60,376 nt of DNA from an uncultured virus (IMG/VR IMGVR_UViG_3300001335_000606) (Duplodnaviria > Heunggongvirae > Uroviricota > Caudoviricetes). How positions within the stretch are numbered: the first letter of the stretch is position 1; each line of letters opens with the position of its first letter. Made by a program: the position numbers and the translations under genes. Below are positions 49,318 to 60,376 of this stretch, one piece after another. Location of the stretch: IMG/VR virus record IMGVR_UViG_3300001335_000606; one strand, 5' to 3'. The notes beneath the pieces are model-generated. The model saw only the letters and a program-made list of their open reading frames with translations, was not told the origin of the DNA and ran no database searches.

Positions 49318-52300
49318 ATGGATAAAACGATTTTAAACGGAAGCAAGGCAAGATTTTATAACTAGGGTAATTCTTAGTCAGGTTCTATTCAATATACAGA
49401 TAGCAAATTATCTATCAAGGGTAATAGTGCAGGAAGTGGAGTATTAATTACTGACGGTAAATTGTATCTAAAAAGCGGAGAAGATACAACTAGTATTATA
49501 TATGATAATGCAACTTAGGGTGTATAGTTTCCAGATGGTGTTTTGTATATTGGCACTGGCAGTAGCAAAGGTGCAATTAAGTTGTAGGATGGAATTTTGA
49601 ATTTTTATACTGATTCCGTTTTTAATGGTAATGTTACGGCAAGTGGGGCAATTACTGCTTCTAATGCTGTATTTTCTGATTATGTTTCAATTGGCCAATA
49701 TGAGGTTCCGGGGATTGGATTTCTTTATAATACCAATAAACCTGTATTGTGGCGTTTGCAAACTTAGCAAATGATAGTTTATGATGCCGATAGTAGTGGC
49801 AACATGTTAATATTAGATCCAGATGACGATTTAATTAGTATCGGGGAACCTCCTTATTTCGTTACGACTTCAATCAATTTAAGTTTGGGTTCTTTACCTC
49901 CGTTGTGTAGCGGATCGTTAAATGTTGGGGGGTGGATATATTCAACATAGGGATATACAAGTAGTGCAGGCGATATTGTAATTGGTGGCGATATTTCAGC
50001 TTCGACTATAAATGCAAATACAGGATTCACTACTAGTGGTTATTCAAAAGTAGGAGGAAATTTCCAATTAGGTGGAACCGCATCCTCTCCTTTTTATGCC
50101 TCCGGATTTGGCGGTGATGGTTGGTCTATTTATGAGGATAATGGCAGGCATATTGCTTAGTTTGACGATTTATGGGTTCGTGGTTCTATGAATGTCTATG
50201 AAATGATTATTAATCAGATTAGGGCAACTAATGGTAGTTTGTGGGTAAGTGACGCTGCAAAGGCAGTTAGTGCATCGATTGTTGGAGAGGATTATGGATA
50301 TGGCTTGCGTTTGCAATTTGAGACGGGATCAATATTACCATTTGTTTAGAATGATATTTTAAGAAGCAAAAGGTGGAGGACTTCGGGAAGTGTTATTTCC
50401 AGCATTTGGGATGCAATTTTTAGAGTTTACTCTGTTGACTATGGGAATGCAATTGTTTAGTTTGATTATTGGGTGAAGCCGTATTACACTTCTTCAAATA
50501 TTACTTCAATGTAGGATTTTGCATATACATTAAGTATTGAAGGTTCATAGTGGGTAAGAGTTGGTTATAGTGGAAGTAACGATAATAGAAAAGGTTCAAT
50601 ATATTTAACTTCAAATGATATGGGTGGGCCATTTTTAGATGTTTATAACGATATAGACACTGTTGCCGAAGCATATGGTGGAATTTCCGAAAGTGTAACT
50701 ACGTCAAAGGTTAAAGTAAGATTAGGTAGACTAACTGGAATCGTGGATAATTCGTTTGATCCTTCTAATTTACAGGGTTATGGTCTATATAGTGATAATG
50801 CTTATTTAAAGGGAACACTTAGTGCAGCCTAGGGTACATTTAGTGGAAGAATTACTGCTAATGAAGGATATATTGGTAATTGGAATATAAATGCTGAATC
50901 CTTGTATAAAGAAGACGAAGATTCTGGATTTACTATGTCATTAACAAGTTCTGCATCAGGTGCAGGATTATTTGTTTATAGCACTTCAGCACCAGCATGG
51001 AGTCAATCTCATACTCCAATATATATAGGTTCTAATGGAAAGTTCTCACTTGGTAACCAATTAGTTTTTGATAATGGAATGTTGACCATATCTGGAATTT
51101 AGGCGGAAGTAGCGTAGCTTGGTGGTTGGAGTGTAAATTAGGATTCGATATATTCTACTGGAATTACATTGTCTAGTGCAACTAATCCCTCAATACAAAT
51201 AGGTGAAGCGACTGCATTTGATACTGGTACAGGCATTTTTATGTCTGGGTCTTCAGCTACATCGTATTTAAGAATTGGATAGACAGTAGGAGCAGGAGAT
51301 AAATATCTATTGTGGGATGGAGCAAATCTTTCTTGGCAAACACCTAATTTTACACTTAGCTCTGCTGGAATATTAACTTTAACTGGTTCATTAAATGCTA
51401 CTAGCGGTAATATTGGTGGACTGGTTCATTAAATGCTACTAGCGGTAATATTGGTGGGTGGGGTATTGGCCAGAATAGATTATATAGTAATCATATTACA
51501 ATTAGCTCTGCTTTAAACGAGGAACGAATCAGTATTGATGCCTTGTATGCTGGTTTTGATTATCCAGGAATATATTTTGGATATAGTTAGGGTTTTCAAG
51601 CATTTTCTTTGGTAAACGCATCACGGCAGGGTGTATTGTGGTTAAATGATACAATTTATATATCAGCATCTAATTTTGAATTAGATTCTGATGGCAAGAT
51701 ATCTGCAAATGAAGCTACTATAAGCGGTTCTATAAGTGCTTCTTCTGGGCAAATAGGCGGTTGGAGTATTGGGGAAAATAATCTTTCACAAGATGGAGCA
51801 ATAGAACTTGGGTCTTCTTCTGTTACAACAAGTGATATATTTATTGGTTCCCAAGATGGCTATCCATATTTTCAATTAGGTGAAGAATTAATATATAGTA
51901 ATAGTGCATTGATATTAACAGGTTCAATATATACAAATAATGGCTATTTTAATGGATAGATTACAGCGGAAACAGGTTCTATTGGTGGATGGACGATAAG
52001 TACAGACAATATATCGTCTAGTGGAATATAGTTGGATTCTTCAACCCCTTCAATTAAACTTGGTGCTCAAGCGTATTTGGTGCTCAAGCGTATGGGGATG
52101 AAGGTATATGGTTTGGCAAAGGCAATCAATACTCAATGTCCCTTTATAATAACACCGACAATTATCTAAAATGGAATGGTTCATATTTAGAAATAAAATC
52201 CTAGAAATTATCTTTAACAGAGGATTCTTTAACGCTTTCCGGCTCAATTACAACGAGTAATGGGTTAATTGGAAATTGGGCAATTAATGAAAGTGGTATA

Positions 52301-53560
52301 ACTCATAATATATCTGGTGGTGGAACAGTAAGTGTTACATCGAATGGAACTACAGATTATATTGATTTCTTAGATGATCATGGGAATGTGTTGTATAACC
52401 AAATTGAGGATTTGTATACAAATGTTGATGATAATTGGGAAAATTAGAATATAATAAATAATTCTGAAATTTTATTAACGGATTATTGCGTCACAAGTTC
52501 TGGGGAGGGGATTGGCGTTAAATTTTACAATTATCAGGGCGGTATAGAACAATTATTGGCATTTACCATAAGTGGTTTAACGGCAGGAAAGACATATACA
52601 TTTCAATCCCAAATAACAAATTTTAATAGAGTTGGAGGACTTGTAACATCAGGTGAAATTTCATCTCCAACTTATCTATGGGTAGATTTCTTTTAGGATA
52701 CTAATTTTCCTGGAACACCATTTGTTTCATTTCTTGAAAATCCACTATATGATCAAGATTATTCCGAATCCTTTGCTTCAAATTCCTTAAGGCAATATAA
52801 TATTACAGTACCTAAAGGTTCTGATGGAAAAATATATGGGGTTTTAACATAGACTCTTAACTATTCTGATGGTTCGCAATATTCTGCATCTTTTACTTGG
52901 AGTGGATGGCGTGTGGATCAATTTGTGCCTTATAGCTAGTTATCTGATAAGGGTTTATTTATTTGGGAGAATCCTGGAAATTATATTAGATTAACAGCTT
53001 TTGACGATTATAAAACATAGTCATCTATGCTGGCTGTTGATAGTGTGAGAGCAAATAATGTACATATTGGTAGCTTGGATGTCAAAAATTACGTATTTTC
53101 CCCGAGAACCATAGGTCAAGGTGGAACTGGGCATAGTGGTAATGGGTACTACACTCATTCCAAAATTTTAACATGGAATAGCGGTTCTAATAAAATTGTA
53201 TCTAGTGACACTATTGATTCTGTTACTGCTTCCAATGGAATAACGATTGGCAATACCTTAATGGTTCATACTATTACGGAAGTCAATGCAACCGAAGAAA
53301 CATCTATTTGCTTTATAAATGGTGCTTATAGTGCATTCTTTGATTACCAAATAAATAGTGGTAGCGAATATAGAGTTGGTAGCGTTAATGGTGTTAAAAA
53401 TGATTCTGAAAATGTTAAATATTCATAGTTTGGCATTGTAGAAACGGAGGAATTCGATGTTGGGTTATCTGTTTCTTCATCTGAATTTGGATTGCATTTA
53501 ACTATTTAGGGTGGGAGTGCATAGGGATCCACAACATCCGTATTTGGTAGAGGTATGTAA
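49318..53560 (+). CDS. Large tail fibre / central tail protein (~1395 aa), interrupted by two frameshifting duplications
   Basis: FDDLWVRGSMNVYEMIINQIRATNG, VRLGRLTGI, YGLYSDNAYLKG, repeated GxIGGWxI; removing the 38-bp and 17-bp duplications restores one frame of 4188 nt. Confidence 0.78.
51382..51457 (+). repeat. Perfect 38-bp tandem duplication (frameshift)
   Basis: ACTGGTTCATTAAATGCTACTAGCGGTAATATTGGTGG twice; creates TAA at 51430-51432. Confidence 0.95.
52060..52093 (+). repeat. Perfect 17-bp tandem duplication (frameshift)
   Basis: TTGGTGCTCAAGCGTAT twice. Confidence 0.95.
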
Positions 53561-53605
53561 TAAATCCTATTTTGGATAGGGAAAAAATAAGGAGAAAAAT
53601 AAATT

Positions 53606-53983
53606 ATGGCAAATGAATTTAGAGCGAAAAATGGCTTGATAACTTAGGGTAATATAGAAGTGGAGGGAAGTGGAAGCTTTAGTGCTATGACTTCTTCTAA
53701 TATTTATACGCCTGGTACCATGGCATCAAATAAAATTACGGTTTCAGATGATACTGTGGTTACAAATTTAAATGCTTAGCGTTTGGATGGAAAAATTCTA
53801 AAGGCTTTTGCTTATAGTGGTGCATCATGGTAGGTAATCGCCGGGGATTGGGCTTAGGTGGATCTTGATTATGATCCGTTGGAAATATATATTTTGGTGG
53901 CTACCCCGAAGGACGAAATCCTAGGAAGGGTTGATCTTCAAACTTTCGCTTTCAAAATAGGGGAGATCTTGGGTATCGTATAA
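53606..53983 (+). CDS. Small tail-fibre-associated protein
   Basis: MANEFRAKNGL start; TVVTNLNA*RLDG motif; AAGGAG SD. Confidence 0.7.
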
Positions 53984-53997
53984 AAATATTTTAAGCA

Positions 53998-54021
53998 TTT
54001 TTTCTTTGGTTTGGTTATAAT
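53998..54021 (+). promoter_or_regulatory. Putative promoter (T-tract + GGTTATAAT)
   Basis: TTTTTTCTTTGGTTTGGTTATAAT 30 nt before ATG 54052. Confidence 0.65.
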
Positions 54022-54051
54022 AAGAACAAATAGTTAAAGAGAGAGGTATAA

Positions 54052-54348
54052 ATGTCTATTTTAGTTAAAAAAACGCAATAGTATTTGCAATAGTTGATTC
54101 ATAAGCAACACTATCTAGAAGTTAGGTTAAACGCTTTGTTTTCTAAATATTTGCTGTTTAAACCCACTATTTCTACAAGAGAAAATGATGAACCTGTTTC
54201 TATTATTAGGAATGAATTCCCCTTTATTTGCAAATTGTGTTCTGAAAAGTTTTCTGATGGTGCAGAATTCACAGAACATTTGATTAATAATCACCCAGAA
54301 ATTTTAGAGCAACCATTGTAGGAACTGGAATTAGATTTACCAAAATAA
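54052..54348 (+). CDS. C2H2 zinc-finger protein
   Basis: FICKLCSEKFSDGAEFTEHLINNH; GAGG SD. Confidence 0.75.
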
Positions 54349-54372
54349 ATAGAAGATATAAGAGGTGATATT

Positions 54373-54714
54373 ATGGGTTTTATACATGGTAAATGTATTT
54401 TAAAGAAGGATATTGCAATAACGGGAATTGAGTTCAAAGCAAAAGATGGAAGACCAGGGGATTTAACGGCATTTTTACCCGAACAATCGGTGTATGCAGT
54501 TATTATGTGGTTGGGTGAAGGGTAGAAATAGAAATTAACAGCAATGTTTCCTTGGGTGACTTTTCATAATTTTGTGGATTTTCATGAATATTTTGCAATT
54601 ATTGACTGCACAACGGAAGTAAGTGAACAATACAACAAGTTATTGGCATAGAATGGGTTTCCAACAATAGATTGGATAACTGATCCTAAGCCTGAAGAAA
54701 CATAGAATAACTAA
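54373..54714 (+). CDS. Hypothetical protein
   Basis: GAGGTG SD; ends TAA. Confidence 0.7.
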
Positions 54715-54730
54715 TTGTAAGGATTAAATA

Positions 54731-55015
54731 ATGAATTAGAATGGAATTAAAAATATTAATTTGTATCGAGATTTTGGATCGATTTAGTTTGAGTTTGAAG
54801 ATGGTGATATTCTATTATTATATGCTATGAATAGTTAGTTTTATACAAAATACCCAACTGAAGAAGGTGCAGAATTAGTTAATATGTCAAAGAAGGATGT
54901 ACATAACCTAATTCGTCAAATATTAGCTTTTCATAGAAAGGATAAAAAAGAATTAAAAGATAGGTTATAGAATATGGATCGTTGGGAAGATTTTAAGCCA
55001 GGAGATATGAAATAA
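54731..55015 (+). CDS. Hypothetical protein
   Basis: AAGGA SD; ends TAA overlapping next ATG. Confidence 0.65.
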
Positions 55016-55398
55016 TGATTCAGTAGATAATTTATGGTAAGCGAATGTCGGGAAAATCAACATATGTTTGCCAAAGAATGTTGGAAGAATAGGATTCTAT
55101 ATATATTTGTTATAATCGAGAAACTGTATAGTATTTTGTTAAACAATTTCCTAATTTGAAAGGAAGATTGGTTACATTGAAACAATTAACACGAAGATGG
55201 AGAAAGAATGGGTATTGTAAAGCCCCGAAATTTTATTTAGAGTGGTTAGATTGGATTAATCTTAAAGATAATATACGTAAAAAACTATTGACAAAGGTTT
55301 ATGTGATTATATTTGATTAGCAAGAATATCAACAAGAATTTAGAGAATATTCAGGTGTAAAATTTAAAAAAATATAGAAAAATAATGGTTGGATTTAA
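55015..55398 (+). CDS. Small P-loop protein
   Basis: IIYGKRMSGKST Walker A-like; VIIFD* Walker B-like. Confidence 0.6.
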
Positions 55399-55410
55399 AC
55401 TTTTTCACAA

Positions 55411-55434
55411 CTTTTTTTATATTTTGGTTATAAT
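55411..55434 (+). promoter_or_regulatory. Putative early promoter (T-tract + GGTTATAAT)
   Basis: CTTTTTTTATATTTTGGTTATAAT ahead of second TAG-free cluster. Confidence 0.7.
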
Positions 55435-55465
55435 AAAAGCGTGAATAAAAGAGAGGTTACAAAAA

Positions 55466-55789
55466 ATGAAAGTTTACACCACACTACCTAAACCCGAAGA
55501 TTTGAACGAGGGAGAATATAAAGTTCTTCTTGCTTGTGCAAAAAACATCGATCATAACACGGGGATCGAATTTGGTTATGCTGATGAAGTGAAGGTTGAA
55601 GGACTTTCGAAGCACCAGATTGCGGGATATATTTCTCAGCTTTCTCAGAAGCGTTACATCACTATCGACGATGAATGTCAGCAGATGTCCTTTATGGACA
55701 AATCGGTTCTTCAGTTCGATAATCATGGGTTCTTGACTGTTCATAATTATACCAGAAAAGAACTTCTTGAAGGAAAGAGAGGTTGGTAA
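55466..55789 (+). CDS. Putative winged-helix DNA-binding protein, TAG-free
   Basis: LNEGEYKVL..GLSKHQIAGYISQLSQKRYITI. Confidence 0.75.
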   Translation: MKVYTTLPKPEDLNEGEYKVLLACAKNIDHNTGIEFGYADEVKVEGLSKHQIAGYISQLSQKRYITIDDECQQMSFMDKSVLQFDNHGFLTVHNYTRKELLEGKRGW

Positions 55790-56304
55790 TGAACGAAGTA
55801 AGACCTTATACATTGGTAGAAAAAACTTCCAAACCATACTTTCCAAAATTGGAAGGTGGCTTGTATATGGGATCCATTAAAATTGATACTGAAAAAATGG
55901 AAAATCGCAAATATGATCTGTATAGTTTTTCTTATGGATTGGTTGTTTGCTTTGGTGAAATTTGGGATACCTTTTGTGGTATACAGCATTGGGATCATCC
56001 CGCAATGTGGGAAGCCATCAAGAGAGCGGTTGACCGTGGAATTATAACTCCCGATATGAATGTTTTTCAATTAGTACCGCCACTTAAAGAAATGTCAGAA
56101 GGAGGTAAGTTTGATGTGGAACCTCCACTTATGGGGTTCTTTAATACAATCCCTTGTCTCTGGGACATTGTTACTGGAGATGTTGATGATCCTACCGTGC
56201 TTATTACAGAAGTTCCTTCTGAAAATGTAGTGGAGGTTATCGATGGGTATTACAGGAATGGAATAAATGTTTGGGGAATAGCAAGGGAAAGGGAGAAAAT
56301 ATGA
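55789..56304 (+). CDS. Hypothetical protein, TAG-free
   Basis: TAATG overlap; intact in standard code. Confidence 0.8.
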   Translation: MNEVRPYTLVEKTSKPYFPKLEGGLYMGSIKIDTEKMENRKYDLYSFSYGLVVCFGEIWDTFCGIQHWDHPAMWEAIKRAVDRGIITPDMNVFQLVPPLKEMSEGGKFDVEPPLMGFFNTIPCLWDIVTGDVDDPTVLITEVPSENVVEVIDGYYRNGINVWGIAREREKI

Positions 56305-56498
56305 AAGTTAGAATAGAATGGGATGAACTTTGGATTGAACATAGATTTGAAGAAATAGACGTGGAATCAATTTCTGAAGCAAAGGAACTAGTAAAGACTA
56401 ATGAACTTACAGGACAAATTGTTGATGGTCATGTGCCAGATTTCCTTAAGATTATAGACAAATCTATAAAAGTTAAAAAACTCTAGGAGGAGTTATGA
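56301..56498 (+). CDS. Hypothetical protein (ends at TAG 56486 in standard code, TGA 56498 if recoded)
   Basis: GGGAG SD, ATGA overlap; only TAG is four codons before the TGA. Confidence 0.7.
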
Positions 56499-56881
56499 AT
56501 TAGAAAAAGAATATGGAAGGAATTCCAAGCCCATAGGAAATTTATAAGAGTTTAATGAAGAAATATGCTAAAACCATTTCTAGATTGGAATAGGCAAATG
56601 ATCTTTTGCGTCGTGAAAATTATATTTTACAAGAAAAGCTTGACAGTAAATATCAACTTGGCCAAGATGAAAGTACTTTAGCTTTTAATGTATTTAATGA
56701 ATTACTGGATATTAATAATAGAATTGAAGGTCTAATGGCTAAAATTGCGAAGTATTATGATATAAATGATTATTAGATTGATGATGATTATGAGACCATT
56801 GATAGCGTTTTAGCGGAAGATGATTATGAATCAGTTCAAGAACGTGTTTTATCGGAGGATGAGTAGCCATGGCCTTGTTAA
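56495..56881 (+). CDS. Coiled-coil hypothetical protein with acidic tail
   Basis: AGGAGG SD; open through TAGs. Confidence 0.7.
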
Positions 56882-57054
56882 TTTAGGGCATTATTAAAGA
56901 AAGCGGAGGGCATTCTTTTTTGATAGATAATCAATTGTTTTTTGCGGATGAGGATTTTAATTTGTATATTTATTCAGAATCAGCAGGAGGATTTGAAAGA
57001 TACTAGGGTAAAAATTATCATGGTATTGTAAAATTGTTGAAGGAATCTTTATGA
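56869..57054 (+). CDS. Small hypothetical protein
   Basis: GGAGG SD; ATGA overlap with next gene. Confidence 0.55.
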
Positions 57055-57527
57055 GTGCTTTAGTGGTTTCAGCATTTCCAGGAACAGGAAAAACCAAATT
57101 TGCGGAAGATCATCCAGAATGGAAAATAGTTGATTTATAGTCTTCCAATTTTAGTTGGATAACAGATGATTAGGGGAATAAGGAGCGAAATCCTTAGTTC
57201 CCCAAGAATTATATTCAGAAGGTTAAAGAGTTACTTTAGGATAAATAGACACAATTAATTCTCCTTTCTTCACATTAGCCTGTAAGAGATTAGTTGTGGA
57301 GAAATCAAATACAATTTCTTATGATCTATCCAGATGTTTCTTTGAAAGAAGAATATTTATCTAGATTTAAAGAACGAGGTGATACTAAAGAATTTATAGA
57401 CAACATAGAAAAACATTGGTAGGAATGGATTTAGAGAATGGATTTAGAATTTCTATTAGATGTTTGCAAAAAAGTAAAAATAACCCGCAACAAAACTTAT
57501 TTAAACGATATAATAAAAAAGAGGTGA
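57051..57527 (+). CDS. P-loop kinase-like protein
   Basis: VVSAFPGTGKT, DL*SSNF, FPKNYI, SSH, YP..KEEYLSR..RG, YLNDI. Confidence 0.8.
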
Positions 57528-57530
57528 ATA

Positions 57531-57791
57531 ATGTTTGAATATACTTAGGAACAATTAAAAGACATAATATAGAATTTAGAAGAAACATTACAAAATAAAT
57601 AGAATTATATCAGAATTTTATAGGATTCTTTAGATATTGCCCAACAATTGTGTGAAGAATTAAGAATAAAATCAGATAGATTACAAGAAGAATTAGATTA
57701 GAGGAAAGATAAAGAAACTCCTACACTTTACTATAGAATTTATACTTCACCTCCCCATAAAATTAATTGGATATTTGACCCTAGAAGATGA
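57531..57791 (+). CDS. Coiled-coil hypothetical protein
   Basis: GAGGTG SD; heptad pattern. Confidence 0.65.
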
Positions 57792-58030
57792 TTATGGACA
57801 CCCTTACTGCTATTCTAATATTAGGCAAATGGAAAAGTTAGAAACCTTTCAAATTCATGTATTTCTAGAATTGGTAGGGATAGATTATTAAAGTTTAGGT
57901 AATCGGATAGATTGAAGATTTATAGGGTCTAAATGATTAGCATAAAATAACTTGGAATAGTATTATTTAGTAGGATTTTGATAGTGAAAATTACGAATTG
58001 GAAAAACTGTATTGCAAGGACAAAGAATAA
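57788..58030 (+). CDS. Hypothetical protein, very TAG-rich
   Basis: ATGA overlap; open to TAA only with read-through. Confidence 0.55.
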
Positions 58031-58041
58031 TTTAGGGGTGA

Positions 58042-58674
58042 ATTATCAATAATTTAAAAGAAAGAATAATAGAAATTAGGAAAAGTCATGATGATAAGTA
58101 TTATGATCCTATTCAAGAACCTTAGGATCCCATAATATTTGATGGTAACACGAATGGTAAAATTTTTGTGGTCGCCAGGGATTTGGGTTTAGAAGAAGTA
58201 AAGCAGAAAATTCCTCTAATAGGAAAATCGGGTCAGTTATTTAGATCTGGTATTAAATGGTTAAAGGAATATCAAAATTAGGTCTATATAACGAATTTAG
58301 TTCCTTATAAACCCCTTAATAACCAAGTGTTTCCTGCATAGATTCGGAATGACTTTAAATTTCATCTTCTTGAACAATTAAAGTCTGTAAAACCAGACAT
58401 TATTATTACACTTGGACGGTAGTCGTATGAGATGCTTTCATCTTTTAAACCCAATTCTATATTAAATGAAATCAAAAATCATAGATTGGAAATTTATGAT
58501 TATGTTTTTTAGGAAACCTTTTAGACCCCATTTATTGTGGTGCCAATGTGTCACCCATCTTATGTTATTAGAAATGGTGGCAATATTAGTAATGGCGAAG
58601 GTTATAAATATATGGGGAGACAATTTAAACTTATTAAATAGATATTAGACAAAATGACAGAATTTAAGGTGTAA
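58042..58674 (+). CDS. Uracil-DNA glycosylase family 4-like protein, apparent ATT/ATC start
   Basis: FVVARDLGLEE..PLIGKSGQ, YITNLVPYKPLNN, IITLG, PMCHPSY; in-frame TGA at 58039 and no canonical start before the domain. Confidence 0.8.
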
Positions 58675-58701
58675 TAAGATAGTTATGAGGAATATTAATT
58701 T

Positions 58702-59676
58702 ATGAAAAAACAAAAAATTGCTCTTATCACAGGCGTTCACGGGATGGATGGATCCCATCTTTCAGATTATTTATTATCATTAGGATATATTGTTTATGGT
58801 TTGTAGCGTAGATCCACCGTTATATAGAGATAGAATACTAAACATTTATTAAATAATTAGAATTTTCATTTAGTACAAGGTGATTTGTCGGATCAAAATT
58901 CCCTTTCAAGGGTGGTTGCATTATCTGATCCAGATGAAATTTATAATTTGGGCGCCCAATCATTTGTTGCGGAGTCCTTTAGAACTCCATAGCATACCAG
59001 TAATATTACGGGATTAGGTTGTTTAAGAATGTTGGAATCAATAAGAGAATATGATAGTTCCAAACATATTAGATTTTACCAAGCTTCTAGCTCAGAAATG
59101 TTTGGTAAAATGGTCGAATCACCTGCAAATGAATATACACCATTCTATCCTAGAAGTCCTTATGGTGTGGCTAAAGTATTTGCACATTATATGACAAAAA
59201 ACTATCGTGAGTCATATGATATGTATTGTTGTTGCGGAATACTTTTTAATCATGAGAGTGGAAGAAGAGGCAAAGAGTTCGTGACCAGAAAAATAACTTA
59301 TGGAATTAAACAAATTTTGGAAGGCAAAACAGATTACATTGAACTTGGCAATTTAGATGCTAAAAGAGATTGGGGATATGCCCCAAAATATGTCTAGGCA
59401 ATGCATCTAATGCTTCAACAAGAACAACCCGATGATTATGTTGTGGCTACGGGTTAGGAGCATTCCATAAAAGAATTTTTAGATCTTGCCTTTTCATACG
59501 CAGGAATAGATAATTGGTGTAAGCATGTTGTAATAAATCCCAAATATTATAGACCTGCTTAGGTTGATGTACTTTGCGGAAATGCAAGCAAAATCAAAAG
59601 TGTAGGTTGGTAGTATAATATGTCATTTGAAGATTTAGTTCATACAATGATGGATAAATAGTTAGAGAAGAAATGA
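58702..59676 (+). CDS. gmd: GDP-mannose 4,6-dehydratase
   Basis: [57 protein letters not shown]. Confidence 0.95.
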
Positions 59677-59984
59677 AGACTAGAGTATTTAAACTCCCTT
59701 CTAATTGGGTTTCATTTGCTTGGTATGGACTAACTGGCGATATTGTCGAAAAACCTTTGTAGGAAAATTGTTTAAGCAAACAAGGGTTAATTGATGCATA
59801 GGATGAAATGTTATATTGCTGCCCTATAGTTTTGGTTGAAGGAATTGATCGTTAGAATATTATAAAATTTGTCCAGAATATGCATTCCAGGTGGTCTTAT
59901 ATTGTTTGTAAATAGTAGAATTAGCACGACAAAGCACAATTAGATAAATATGCCCATTATTAGGTTCTTGCAACTGGACTTTAA
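59673..59984 (+). CDS. Hypothetical protein, paralogue 1
   Basis: FKLPSNWVSF..RWSYIVCK**N*HDKAQLD. Confidence 0.75.
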
Positions 59985-60004
59985 AAAATAATTGGAGAAC
60001 TAAA

Positions 60005-60331
60005 ATGAAAATAAGAACATTTAAATTACCTTCTGAATGGGTTTCCTTTCATTGGCATCATGTAACGGGATAGATAATGCAGAAGCCTATAGATGGATGT
60101 AATATTTTTGATCAAGAGGAAGTTGATCCAGAGGATATAGTAATACGAGGTCTGCCAATGGTTATAGTAAAGGGGATTAATCCAGAAATTATAACTAGAT
60201 TTATTCAAGAAACTATATTTGGTAATGGCGGAGCAAGGTGGTCATATATTGTTTGTAAATAGTAGAATTAGAATGATAAAGCACAACTAGATATATTTGC
60301 AAAATATTAGGTTGTTTCAAGCGATCTTTAA
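60005..60331 (+). CDS. Hypothetical protein, paralogue 2
   Basis: FKLPSEWVSF..RWSYIVCK**N*NDKAQLD. Confidence 0.75.
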
Positions 60332-60342
60332 GAGGTGAGAAT

Positions 60343-60376
60343 ATGACAGAACTTTCATTGAAATATTGGTTTGTGG
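60343..60376 (+). CDS. Start of a gene truncated by the window edge
   Basis: GAGGTG SD followed by ATG. Confidence 0.5.
   Translation, partial: MTELSLKYWFV

Noticed and set aside
57423..57448. 13-bp direct repeat GAATGGATTTAGA as a frameshifting duplication
   Set aside because: The gene stays in frame through it and ends with a plausible YLNDI C-terminus

Overview
A very AT-rich segment of a large tailed-phage genome, almost all genes on the + strand. The supplied standard-code ORF track is fragmented because TAG is not a stop here. Reading through TAG gives full-length, tightly packed genes that end in TAA or TGA. At invariant and catalytic positions (RecA, DnaB-type helicase, GroEL, PolB, NrdJ, Gmd, GT-B glycosyltransferase, dUTPase) TAG stands where Glu is required, while invariant Gln is always CAA/CAG. 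The code therefore looks like TAG=Glu, not the usual phage TAG=Gln. Gene content: tail/baseplate/tape-measure module, replication/recombination module (SSB, RecA, FEN/RNase H, helicase, PolB, PolA-like), GroEL and Hsp20, nucleotide metabolism and possible DNA/glycan modification genes, tail-fibre module, and small early-type genes. Other highlights: (i) a complete group I ribozyme core in circularly permuted order, opened in P8, at 49015-49291; (ii) two naturally split inteins (NrdJ; PolB with a 15-aa N-fragment and an intervening endonuclease whose RBS is sequestered in a hairpin); (iii) TAG-free gene islands, including a sigma factor, behind a recurring T-tract/GTTATAAT promoter motif. All coordinates and family calls were made by eye; no database search was run. 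In translations below, * marks an in-frame TAG.
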